Of a stretch of DNA of 44,393 nt, positions 36,569 through 44,393 are shown in pieces. The notes beneath the pieces were generated by a model, which was not told the origin of the DNA, made no database searches, and was given only the letters and a program-made list of their open reading frames with translations. The stretch covers positions 1-44,393 of IMG/VR virus record IMGVR_UViG_3300032157_000019. The stretch is one strand, 5' to 3'. The stretch is from a virus. Positions within the stretch are counted from its first letter, which is position 1. Every line of letters begins with the position of its first letter. The position numbers were made by a program, and so were the translations under genes.

Positions 36569-38272
36569 CGCGTTGATGACCGACCGCTCATTTCCGAGCG
36601 CATTGAGCGGTGCCGCGAGTGCTTGGTTCGCGAAGTACGCCTGAATGATCGGGTTCGACACGATCCGACTTTGCAGGGCCGGACCAGCGATACCGCCTGC
36701 CATGGCTGCGCTCAGGGACATTGCAGGATCACCGCCGCCCATGTGGGAAAGCATGCCCGTTGCCAGTGCGGCAGGCATGTTTTGCATGGTAAGGCGCGCG
36801 GGGGTGCCCGAGTTGGGTAAGTCCTTCATGACCGCATCGCCCGCGCGGGCTAGATCGTCGTAGCGGCCCTCACCCTCGACAAAGCCAGTCTTGTTGGCGT
36901 GGCGGTCGGCCATGCCAAGGCGTGTTGGGGTTATGCTCCCGAGCGACGCGGCTTCGGTTCCGGTCGCCATGGCATCACGCACCTCGGCCAAATGGCCCCA
37001 CTGCTGCCGAGCCTGTCTCCATGCTGTGGCATCGGCGGTGGACAGGCCGCTCTCCATGGCATCGTCCATCGCGTCGCGGAGGCCGGACAGGAAACGCCGC
37101 TCGGCCGCATCTGTCGCGTTCTGTGACATGGTGCCAAGCCGCGAGCGCCACGTCTGGTATGAAGGGCCGGCAATGCGGCCTGCGGTGATGGCGTTGTTGA
37201 CCTCATCTACTAGCTCGGTTGCATCGAGCTTTCGCATCGAGGGAACAACCGTGTTGTTGTACTCGGCCTCCAGGCGCAGGGTGTTGTTCTGTAGTGCGCG
37301 GGCGCGGGCGCGGCCGGCATGTCCGCCAGCGCCAGCGCCGCGGCCACTGAACACGATGTCGTTGCCATGGGTCAGGCGATCGAACTCGGCGCCGATACGG
37401 TCGCGGGCGCCACGGAGCACATCCGGCGTTGCCACGTCGGCAACCTCACCCATGCGCCGATTGGCCGCCGCAGTGAATTGGCCTTTCTGGCGCTCAAGAA
37501 TGTCGCTGATACCGGTGCCCCCGAACGGGGTTTCCGTAGCGACGCTCTCGGCGTAGCGGAGGTTGCGGTTGCCGGTGGCTTGGCCCGCGGTGAGGTCTAC
37601 ACCCTCGTTGCGCAGCAGGTTAGCTTGCGCGTTGCGCTCGGCGCTGGCCGGGAATGGCGTAACGGCCCGCATCGCCATTCGAGGAACCATACCACCCACG
37701 AGCGCGCCAGCGATACGGGCGGGCGCCTCCCACTTGGTCCCCTCGGTGGCCTGCCCGGCAGCCTCGCTCGTGATGGCGGGCGCAACAACCTGATTAATTC
37801 CCCTTTGCACCCAATTGCCAGGACCCATCATGAGGCCGGGGGCAAACTCGCCAGTGGTCTCAGCGTAGCGACCCATGCGTGTCTGGGGCTTGTGGAACTC
37901 TCCGGTGTATTCCTCCACCTTCTTTTGGGCGTCATGCACTGTCGGGAGGCTCTTGGGAGACGCAAACCATTGCAGGAGGGGTGAGCCCTCCAGAGATTTG
38001 TGTGCCGCGTCCTCTTGCGCCCTAATGCTCTTGGCCGTTTCCGGGGCAATGTAGTCCAGACCGGCGTGCGCAAGGGCACGCATGTTTCCGGGTAGCGTCG
38101 CGAGCCCAAGCCCGCCCTTGACTATGCCTGTGCCTAGTGATTTTGCAACGTCAGCGGCGGTGGATGTCTTCTGGCCGTATTCCCGCTTCATCACACCAAC
38201 GATCGTCTCGTCAGGTGTGCCGTCCGGGAATTCGACAATCTCGCCGTTGGGCGCTTCGATGCGGGCGGCCAT
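36524..38272 (-). CDS. Internal virion / ejection protein (putative)
   Basis: 582-aa Gly/Ala-rich protein. It is third in a run of three large genes after the tubular proteins, coupled by TAATG to the upstream gene. The call rests on position and composition. Confidence 0.5.
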   Translation of the reverse strand: MAARIEAPNGEIVEFPDGTPDETIVGVMKREYGQKTSTAADVAKSLGTGIVKGGLGLATLPGNMRALAHAGLDYIAPETAKSIRAQEDAAHKSLEGSPLLQWFASPKSLPTVHDAQKKVEEYTGEFHKPQTRMGRYAETTGEFAPGLMMGPGNWVQRGINQVVAPAITSEAAGQATEGTKWEAPARIAGALVGGMVPRMAMRAVTPFPASAERNAQANLLRNEGVDLTAGQATGNRNLRYAESVATETPFGGTGISDILERQKGQFTAAANRRMGEVADVATPDVLRGARDRIGAEFDRLTHGNDIVFSGRGAGAGGHAGRARARALQNNTLRLEAEYNNTVVPSMRKLDATELVDEVNNAITAGRIAGPSYQTWRSRLGTMSQNATDAAERRFLSGLRDAMDDAMESGLSTADATAWRQARQQWGHLAEVRDAMATGTEAASLGSITPTRLGMADRHANKTGFVEGEGRYDDLARAGDAVMKDLPNSGTPARLTMQNMPAALATGMLSHMGGGDPAMSLSAAMAGGIAGPALQSRIVSNPIIQAYFANQALAAPLNALGNERSVINALLQGANQSVPQGAP

Positions 38273-39981
38273 TATTCGAGGCGCCCCGTTGCTGGGTTAT
38301 ACCGACGAACGGCGCCCGCCTTGGGCGGCTCAGCGCCCTCGGGCTTGGTCGTGGAACTGGTTGCGCCGGTTGCGCTCGGCGCATGCCCACGCGTTTTGCG
38401 GAAGGCCTCGTAGGGATCGGGCAGCGCACGGATACGCTTGTCGGCCTCACGCTGTGTGATCTCACCGGCCATGGCCATCGAGGCAATCTCCGCGGCCTGG
38501 ATTTTGCTGTCATTAAGGGCGGCAAACGTGTTCTGGACGATCTGCTTGCCTTCCGGCGTCTGGCCGAGGCTAGGCAGGGAGTTGAGAAACTGGCGAGCGT
38601 CGAAGTCTGACGTGGCGCCGGAGCCAGGCGCGCGCATGCGCGGGGCCAGCTTCGAAATTAGGCTGTTGTAAGCCTGAAGGTCGCCAAGCCCATCGATCTT
38701 GATACCGAATGCCTCAGCCCACGGACCCAGCGCCGCCGTGATCTCCGCCGTCTTGCCGTCCGTCTTAATGCGGCCTGCGATGTCCGCAAGCGTCTGCATG
38801 TCCGCGCTCATAAAGCGAGCGTCCTGGCCTTCCTCAATCAGCGTGTTGAACCGCTTGGCGGACAGCTTCCCAACTTCCTTGTTGAACTCGGCCTCGCTCT
38901 TTTGGTCGATGTTGACCGTGGTCGCGCCCGCGCGCTTGAGCCCAGCCTTCCAATCCGTGAAGCTCTGTTTCTCGCCCTGCTTCACAGCAAGGTTGTATTC
39001 GCGCATCTCATCGGTGGGCGCATCGGCCTTGCCGACAAGCTGCGTGTATAGTTGCATGCCATACTGCCGCGTGCGCGGGTTGGCGATGAGCTGCTTGATG
39101 TAGCCCGCCGTTGCAGGGTCGATTGCCGCGCCGGATTGAGCCGCTGGCTGCGTTTTGACGCTCGCCGTCTCTATGGGCGCCTGAGTGGTGCCCGGCGCCT
39201 CTACGCCCGGAATTAGCGGCTCTGCGCCCTGACCCGCGTTGTCAGGACCACCCAGCATGGCCGGACCCTGCTGGCCGAACGCGCGTGACTGCGCCACCTG
39301 CCACTGATCATCGCTCATCGGAAATGGGCGGCCGGCCTCGTGGGCGGCCATGGACTTGACTAGCGCCAAGCCCTGCGGCCCGCGCAACAGATCATTGGTC
39401 AGCATGGCATCCGGAGCGATGCCCGTTTCGCGTGAAACGCGCTGGATATAGGCCGGTGCGCTGTTGCCGCCAGACCATTTGGCGATTGCCGCAGACAGGG
39501 GCATGCCAGCGTACTTGCGCGCCAGCAGATCGAATTGCGCAGCCGCGCCGCTCTCCGCGTCTGGGAAGCCAGCGATCTTGTGGCCGCCGCCGATAACGCC
39601 AGTGGCGTTGGAGCCGAAGCGCTGGGCGCTCGGGCCGGGATACTGCGCACCCGGATTGTTGTACCTAACAGAAGCGGGCTGGGGTCCGTCGATGTTGGAC
39701 ATCCGAGCAGACCCGATCGTCGGCGTAGGCGTTGGGCCACCACCCAGACCGGGCATGCTCAGGAGCGCATCCGACGTGCGCTGCTCGTCGGCGCGCTCGA
39801 CACCCTCGGCGTTGCCCATGATGGTGCCGCCAACGAGCGCCTGGATGATGCGCGATGGGACTTCCGCCCAATGCTTGGTCGGAGAACTGTCCATGCCCGA
39901 CTTGAGCAGGCTGCCGGCGTAGGCGCGGCGCGCGTCGAGCGCCTTCGGGCTGGTGAACGCGTAGGTGCCGCTGTCAGCCAT
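38272..39981 (-). CDS. Internal virion protein (putative), with conserved VRYNNPG-type domain
   Basis: Start at ATG 39981 (MADSGTYAF), coupled as TAATG. The domain VRYNNPGAQYPGPSAQRFG...AESGAAAQFDLLARKYAG...AIAKWSGGNSAPAYIQRV is one I recall from phage virion proteins, but its function is unknown to me. Confidence 0.5.
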   Translation of the reverse strand: MADSGTYAFTSPKALDARRAYAGSLLKSGMDSSPTKHWAEVPSRIIQALVGGTIMGNAEGVERADEQRTSDALLSMPGLGGGPTPTPTIGSARMSNIDGPQPASVRYNNPGAQYPGPSAQRFGSNATGVIGGGHKIAGFPDAESGAAAQFDLLARKYAGMPLSAAIAKWSGGNSAPAYIQRVSRETGIAPDAMLTNDLLRGPQGLALVKSMAAHEAGRPFPMSDDQWQVAQSRAFGQQGPAMLGGPDNAGQGAEPLIPGVEAPGTTQAPIETASVKTQPAAQSGAAIDPATAGYIKQLIANPRTRQYGMQLYTQLVGKADAPTDEMREYNLAVKQGEKQSFTDWKAGLKRAGATTVNIDQKSEAEFNKEVGKLSAKRFNTLIEEGQDARFMSADMQTLADIAGRIKTDGKTAEITAALGPWAEAFGIKIDGLGDLQAYNSLISKLAPRMRAPGSGATSDFDARQFLNSLPSLGQTPEGKQIVQNTFAALNDSKIQAAEIASMAMAGEITQREADKRIRALPDPYEAFRKTRGHAPSATGATSSTTKPEGAEPPKAGAVRRYNPATGRLE

Positions 39982-40805
39982 TATGCGGTCCTCCGTAGGC
40001 CCCCGGAGGCCCACCCTCCGGCCGCCGCCCCGCCCGCTCCCGCGATAGCCCCGAGCATGGCGTTCTGCCTATCCGCCTTCAGCTGCGCTTGCTGCAACTG
40101 CGCCTGATAGTTGCTGTTCACGAGGCCGGTATAATCGACCGGAGCCACGCCGGGCGACGGCGTGGTCGTGAAGTTCGGATTGGTGGGGGTGGAGTTGCCG
40201 AGCAGCGCGTTCAGCTCAATCAACGGCTGGTTGCGCTCGGTCATCTGCTCGTTGATGGACTGGTTGCGGCCCGTGAGCAGGAGTTGGTTGTAGGCGTCGT
40301 TTTCCTGACGCCCAAGCTCATCGCGCTTGGCGGCATAGGCATTGCTGCCGGGCCGAATACCGCGGTCAAGAAGCTGCTGCTCCAGGGCCGCCGACTTGTC
40401 GGCGAGCATCGGGTCGAGCCGCTTGCGGCCCAACTCCATCAGGCGAGCCTCGGTCGCCTCGTTGCCAAGCGTCAGAGGCGAGGAAAGCGTGCTGTCCACG
40501 CGGTCGAGCTGCGCGCCGGCAATCGAGCCCATCTTCTGCTGGGTCTGATTGTACTGGTCGTAAAGCGCCTGCTCGCCGGGCGAGAACGATGTCTCCGCCT
40601 GATACCGAGGGGTCCCGTCTTGAAAAGTTCCAATCTGCGAATATTTGAGGTTGCCATATGGCGTGATTTGGTCTACCTGTCCTAGCTGCGATTGCGTAAT
40701 CGCAGTTTGGCGGTTCATCGCCTGTTGCGCGTCTGCTGTGGCCTTAGGGTCTGGCGGCGCGGGCGTTTTGGGCGAATTCAATGGCAACCTCCCATGGGAG
40801 AACAA
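39981..40805 (-). CDS. Internal virion protein (putative), Gln/Asn-rich
   Basis: 274-aa track ORF with a TTG start. A likelier start is TTG 40781, 7 nt after GGGAG. The C-terminus is Gly/Ala-rich (AIAGAGGAAAGGWASGG). Confidence 0.5.
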   Translation of the reverse strand: MFSHGRLPLNSPKTPAPPDPKATADAQQAMNRQTAITQSQLGQVDQITPYGNLKYSQIGTFQDGTPRYQAETSFSPGEQALYDQYNQTQQKMGSIAGAQLDRVDSTLSSPLTLGNEATEARLMELGRKRLDPMLADKSAALEQQLLDRGIRPGSNAYAAKRDELGRQENDAYNQLLLTGRNQSINEQMTERNQPLIELNALLGNSTPTNPNFTTTPSPGVAPVDYTGLVNSNYQAQLQQAQLKADRQNAMLGAIAGAGGAAAGGWASGGLRRTA

Positions 40806-40806
40806 G

Positions 40807-41562
40807 GTGGATAAGTCACTGCTGACATGGCAAGCGATTGCCTACTTCTGGTCCAAGGTGGACGTATTGGCTGCGCGCGACACGCGCTGCTGGAATTATC
40901 GCGGCGGGAAGAACAGCCGCGGCTACGGCAAGCACTCTCTGCCCTCGGAGAATGGCCCGGCTACTGAGGGGGCGCACCGAATAGCGTTCGCCATTGCGGC
41001 TGGCATCTCGATGACCAGCGAGGACTACATCTGCCACCACTGCGACAACCCTTCGTGCTGCAACCCCGCCCACCTTTTCAAGGGCACCGCGCTGGAGAAC
41101 AACCGGGATGCATACGCCAAGGGGCGAAACCTAATCCCGAGCCAACGGCCCGGTTTCATTCCCGTACACGTGCGAAACCCTCACCACTACGCACACCGCG
41201 GCGCCGACTCGCCTAGCGCGAAGCTGACAGAGGATCAGGCATGGTCCCTTCTGCACGAGAGGGCCAACGGGGCTTCAGTTCCTGATCTCGCTGCCAAATA
41301 CGGCATGAGCAAAGAGGGCGTTGGTGGCATCTGTGCAGGCAGAAAGTGGCGCCACCTGTTTGAACAGCTCCCCGCAGAAGTCAGGGAAGCCATTCGCGAC
41401 ACCCGGAACCAGCACAAGACCTACAAAAAGCTCAGCCCCGACACCCTGGCTGACATCCGCGCCCGCTTAGCGGCCGGCGTAAGTGTTCGGGCATTAGCCG
41501 AACGCCACAAGGTCTCAAAGGCGCTTATCTACCAAATCAGAAGCGGGCGAGCGCACGCCTAG
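40807..41562 (+). CDS. HNH homing endonuclease with C-terminal HTH repeats (antisense within late operon)
   Basis: GTG 40807 lies 6 nt after GGGAG. Motifs CWNYRGGKNSRGYG...GAHRIAFAIAAG...ICHHCDNPSCCNPAHLFKGTALENNRD. Two HTH-like segments are present (VPDLAAKYGMSKEGV and VRALAERHKVSKALIYQI). Confidence 0.85.
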   Translation: MDKSLLTWQAIAYFWSKVDVLAARDTRCWNYRGGKNSRGYGKHSLPSENGPATEGAHRIAFAIAAGISMTSEDYICHHCDNPSCCNPAHLFKGTALENNRDAYAKGRNLIPSQRPGFIPVHVRNPHHYAHRGADSPSAKLTEDQAWSLLHERANGASVPDLAAKYGMSKEGVGGICAGRKWRHLFEQLPAEVREAIRDTRNQHKTYKKLSPDTLADIRARLAAGVSVRALAERHKVSKALIYQIRSGRAHA

Positions 41563-41961
41563 CCATTTGCAGTTTGTGCGTTTTAGGCCGTACAAAAAGC
41601 AATCGTTGGCTTTTGATCGCCCCCAATAGCCCGGTCGGATGCCCTCTGGCTTGAAGCCAAGGCGCAGAAGAAGTTCACGCACGGCGTGGTTGCCGCGCCT
41701 GGTGCGCGCCGAGAGGCGCCAGCAGCCAAGCTGGACGAACGCATACCGGAACATGGTGGTTACGCTCTCGCGGGTCACAGCACCGGGACCGTAGGCCGTG
41801 ACCTCGATATTCGAGCCGTTGTAGTCGTTGAACAGCAGGCCGCCGATCAGCCGGCCCTCCTTGTCTGCTACGCCGAGCGCCGTGTAGGGCGGCGTAAACA
41901 CGGTATCGAGCCGGCCGCCCATCCACTCTGCCACGGCCGCGTCATGGCCGTAGACGATCAT
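41515..41961 (-). CDS. GNAT-family acetyltransferase (putative)
   Basis: GGLLFNDYNGSNIEVTAYGPGAVTRESVTTMFRYAFVQLGCWRLSARTRRGNHAVRELLLRLGFKPEGI follows the GNAT core pattern. Its 3' 48 nt overlap the HNH gene convergently. Confidence 0.6.
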   Translation of the reverse strand: MIVYGHDAAVAEWMGGRLDTVFTPPYTALGVADKEGRLIGGLLFNDYNGSNIEVTAYGPGAVTRESVTTMFRYAFVQLGCWRLSARTRRGNHAVRELLLRLGFKPEGIRPGYWGRSKANDCFLYGLKRTNCKWLGVRSPASDLVDKRL

Positions 41962-43541
41962 CCGACCAGCCCGCCGCCCTCGTAGATGATATCGAAGGCG
42001 TTGATGTTGAACGTTGGTATGGGCTGCTCCGCGTCATCCTCGCCCAGCGACGCGATCTGCGAGCGCATGCGGATCGACGCGCAGTAGCCGTAACCGGACA
42101 CACCCTGCCATGATGTCTGCGTGCGTCGCTCGACAGGCCACAGGGCCTCATCCCACAACGCCTCATCCCAGCGCGCCTGCGGCAGGATGGCGGACGATGG
42201 CGTAGACAGCTGGGCATCGTCCCTGAAATCCACGTTCACACCCAGGCTGGGGCTGACCGTGCCATCCGTGGTCAGGATGGGGCGAACCAGCTTGAAGTGC
42301 TTCTGCCTGCCCTTCTCGCCGAAGTAATTGAACGCACATTGGATGTCGATCGATATGGCGGATGTGCCGTCCGCGCCGCTCCTGTCGGCCTCGTACAGCT
42401 TGCCGTCATTGCCGCCGAAGAACAGGCGATCCTCAAAGACCTCGAAGCAATTGGCATTCCAGCCAGTGAACTTGCACCAAGCGCCCGTGACGGTGTTCAT
42501 CACGTATTGGACCTGTTGGCCGCTCTCCGTGATTGGCACGTTCAAGATGCCCATCGTGGCTCGCGGGTAGGCGGTGAGCTGCCAGCCGAAGTTGTCTTTC
42601 CAATCCCGCGCGCTCTGCACCATAACGGGTTGTATCTTCTTGGTGAGCGCAATGACATCGGTCGCGGCCTGGTCTGTCACCATCGCCTTGGACAGAGGAA
42701 CCACGCCCGCGATCGTGACAATCGCTATATCGCCACCCACATTGAGCAGACAGCGACGGCCAATCGGCGGCGCCAGATTGTAGACGCCATTGAGGGCCAT
42801 ATCCGCATCAACGCCGTCCGGGTTGGAGCCCGAATAGACAGCAACCTGTCCGCGACTGCTCACGAGCACCAGCCGATCGTCTGGCCCTGCCCCGCCATCA
42901 ATCGTCCACGTGCCAACGGCCATCAGATGGCCGCCCTTGCTGAACACGCCCGTCAGCGGGAAATACGCTCCAGCGCCCTGGATACTATCTGCGTCAAGGT
43001 AGCCGCTGTCGATGCTGTCGATGAACGCGAACCACAGCCGGTTCTTGTAGACCGTGACGCCGATGATATCCTCGGCTGTGATCGTGGTGATAACCGCGGA
43101 CGCCCAGGTCGAGCCGTTGAACACGATCGGATCGTCTGCACCGTTGCAGGCCCACAGGAACTCGCCCCCTGACGTGGCGAAATTCACGTGCTGCCAGCGG
43201 GCATTGGACAGGTTGTCCAAATCCTCGGTAGCCGGGTCGCCCTCAACGGTCATGTCGAAGATGTATTCGCCCGTGGCGCCGAACATCTTGTTGCCGGCCG
43301 AGCCGTGGTAGGCCATCACGCTTTCGATGGGCGTCAACTCGCCCGTATCGCTGTACTCTCGGTTGCCGCCGCGGAGCTTGCCGTAGCCCTGGTCGGGGAA
43401 GATGTTTTCCAGGGCTACGGCATACTCCGGTTTCATGGAAGCCAGCGGGTCAACCGCGTTCCACCCGCCCACCGGGAAGGTAACCGACTTGCCAATACTG
43501 ACCCGCTGGCGTCCGCGGTTTGGGCGCAGCGCGCGGCGCAT
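41958..43541 (-). CDS. Tail tubular protein B-like / nozzle protein (putative beta-propeller)
   Basis: 527 aa, beta-rich and repetitive (GGWNAVDPLASMKPEYAVALENIFP...). It lies after a 241-aa structural gene and before the internal virion proteins. Confidence 0.5.
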   Translation of the reverse strand: MRRALRPNRGRQRVSIGKSVTFPVGGWNAVDPLASMKPEYAVALENIFPDQGYGKLRGGNREYSDTGELTPIESVMAYHGSAGNKMFGATGEYIFDMTVEGDPATEDLDNLSNARWQHVNFATSGGEFLWACNGADDPIVFNGSTWASAVITTITAEDIIGVTVYKNRLWFAFIDSIDSGYLDADSIQGAGAYFPLTGVFSKGGHLMAVGTWTIDGGAGPDDRLVLVSSRGQVAVYSGSNPDGVDADMALNGVYNLAPPIGRRCLLNVGGDIAIVTIAGVVPLSKAMVTDQAATDVIALTKKIQPVMVQSARDWKDNFGWQLTAYPRATMGILNVPITESGQQVQYVMNTVTGAWCKFTGWNANCFEVFEDRLFFGGNDGKLYEADRSGADGTSAISIDIQCAFNYFGEKGRQKHFKLVRPILTTDGTVSPSLGVNVDFRDDAQLSTPSSAILPQARWDEALWDEALWPVERRTQTSWQGVSGYGYCASIRMRSQIASLGEDDAEQPIPTFNINAFDIIYEGGGLVG

Positions 43542-44266
43542 CAGCTATCAACCACCAGATCGACATTCGGGTAGGTCGGCACGTCCGCCCCACCGCCGCG
43601 GCCGGTCATCATCACGTGCGTCCCGCCATCGCGGGACGTGGCGCGCTCCAGCTCGCGTTCGAAATCAGACATATCCTCGGCGTAGTCCAGGCCGATCGAA
43701 TGCTTCCAGCGCCAGATCATGTCGAGGATGAACAGCTTGTCGGAGAACCGCGGAACGTCGGTGTCCGCCTCAAAGCTCGCCTGCGCCGTGCCGCCGCTCG
43801 ATGCCGCCCAATTCTTGGAGATGTAGGGCATGTCGAGGGTTAGGCCAGCCTCGGGCGCCGGGTACATGCGGATTGCATTGCCCACGAGACGCCAATAGCC
43901 GGCGACGTTGCCCGTGGTGACAGAGTTGCGCAACCGCTGCCACGAGTTGCTGGATAGCGGCCCGATCCAACGCCGGCTGTTGCCGCGGTCCCAAAGGTCC
44001 GCGTTGTAGATCAGGCGGTCAAAGTCGGCCTGATCGGGCGGGGCGTCGGTCTGCAGCTCGGCCGCGATAGATGTCCAAGTGTGCAAATCAACCAGGATTT
44101 GCCAATCGTGGCGGCTGGAGATCGTCTCGCCGGCCTTCTGTGCGAAGCGGAGGAGCTTGCGCACGTTCGGGTCGGTCACGTTGTCGATAACTGAGGCGGG
44201 CTGATCTAGCCCGACCTCATCGCAAACGTCCGTGACGATCTCCAGAAGGGTCTTCATGCCCACCAT
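43541..44266 (-). CDS. Tail tubular protein A-like / head-tail adaptor (putative structural protein)
   Basis: 241-aa ORF. The probable true start is the second ATG at 44257 (MKTLLEIVTDVCDEVGL), which is ATGA-coupled to the junction-spanning small gene. The function is a positional call. Confidence 0.5.
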   Translation of the reverse strand: MVGMKTLLEIVTDVCDEVGLDQPASVIDNVTDPNVRKLLRFAQKAGETISSRHDWQILVDLHTWTSIAAELQTDAPPDQADFDRLIYNADLWDRGNSRRWIGPLSSNSWQRLRNSVTTGNVAGYWRLVGNAIRMYPAPEAGLTLDMPYISKNWAASSGGTAQASFEADTDVPRFSDKLFILDMIWRWKHSIGLDYAEDMSDFERELERATSRDGGTHVMMTGRGGGADVPTYPNVDLVVDS

Positions 44267-44393
44267 TCCGTAACGGCCATGACGATCGCCATAGATAGCC
44301 AGCCAACCGACAGGGTGGACACGGCTTGGTGATATGGCTCAAAGGCCGCGCAACCGGCCGCGGCAACGGCGCACATTAAATTCAGAAACACTT
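44267..44393. repeat. Terminal direct repeat, copy 2 of 2
   Basis: Identical to 1..127. It begins immediately after the start codon (44264..44266) of the minus-strand gene 43541..44266. Confidence 0.9.

Overview
This window is a complete, GC-rich temperate phage or excised prophage genome. The non-redundant unit is 44,266 bp, written linearly with a 127-bp end overlap (1..127 = 44267..44393). No tape-measure, tail-tube or sheath gene is visible. Tubular-type and internal-virion-type proteins are present, so the virion is probably short-tailed (podovirus-like).

Layout:
1. A roughly 30-kb leftward (minus-strand) block starts at an operator-controlled divergent promoter region near 15.5 kb.
   - It first runs through a replication initiator with internal iterons, a C5-methyltransferase-like gene, a metallophosphoesterase and a NusG/RfaH-like factor.
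   - It then carries terS, terL, portal, scaffold, major capsid, decoration protein and a DUF115/Maf-like glycosyltransferase.
   - It crosses the window ends; one small gene is split by the linearisation point.
   - It continues through tail tubular and internal virion proteins, a tail fibre, a lysis cassette and two receptor-binding or depolymerase proteins, ending at 29.27 kb.
2. A rightward cargo block lies at 15.7-17.5 kb: HNH-AP2 endonuclease, ParA-like ATPase, RHH protein and a 117-aa ORF. It sits next to the probable attP.
3. Integrase and excisionase (17.6-18.9 kb) are followed by a divergent Cro/YdaS-like and XRE regulator pair.
4. A rightward block at 20.1-29.3 kb holds a Rad52-family annealase, many small ORFs and an inverted 3-gene cassette with back-to-back promoters. 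It also holds a T5orf172 protein, an Rnl5-like RNA ligase, and a small serine recombinase followed by a two-unit, repeat-flanked cassette array.

The most unusual items:
- the recombinase-adjacent cassette array (R1-ORF-R2 twice);
- the glycosyltransferase embedded in the head module;
- a 19-bp palindromic operator family that marks three control regions;
- a ParA/RHH partition-like pair coexisting with an integrase;
- three free-standing HNH genes, two of them antisense inside the late operon;
- a lysis cassette with a C-terminally membrane-anchored lysozyme and a possibly frameshifted holin.

All family assignments are motif recognition by eye. No database search or computation was run. Start codons of many small ORFs are uncertain. 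No tRNA, rRNA or CRISPR array was seen.
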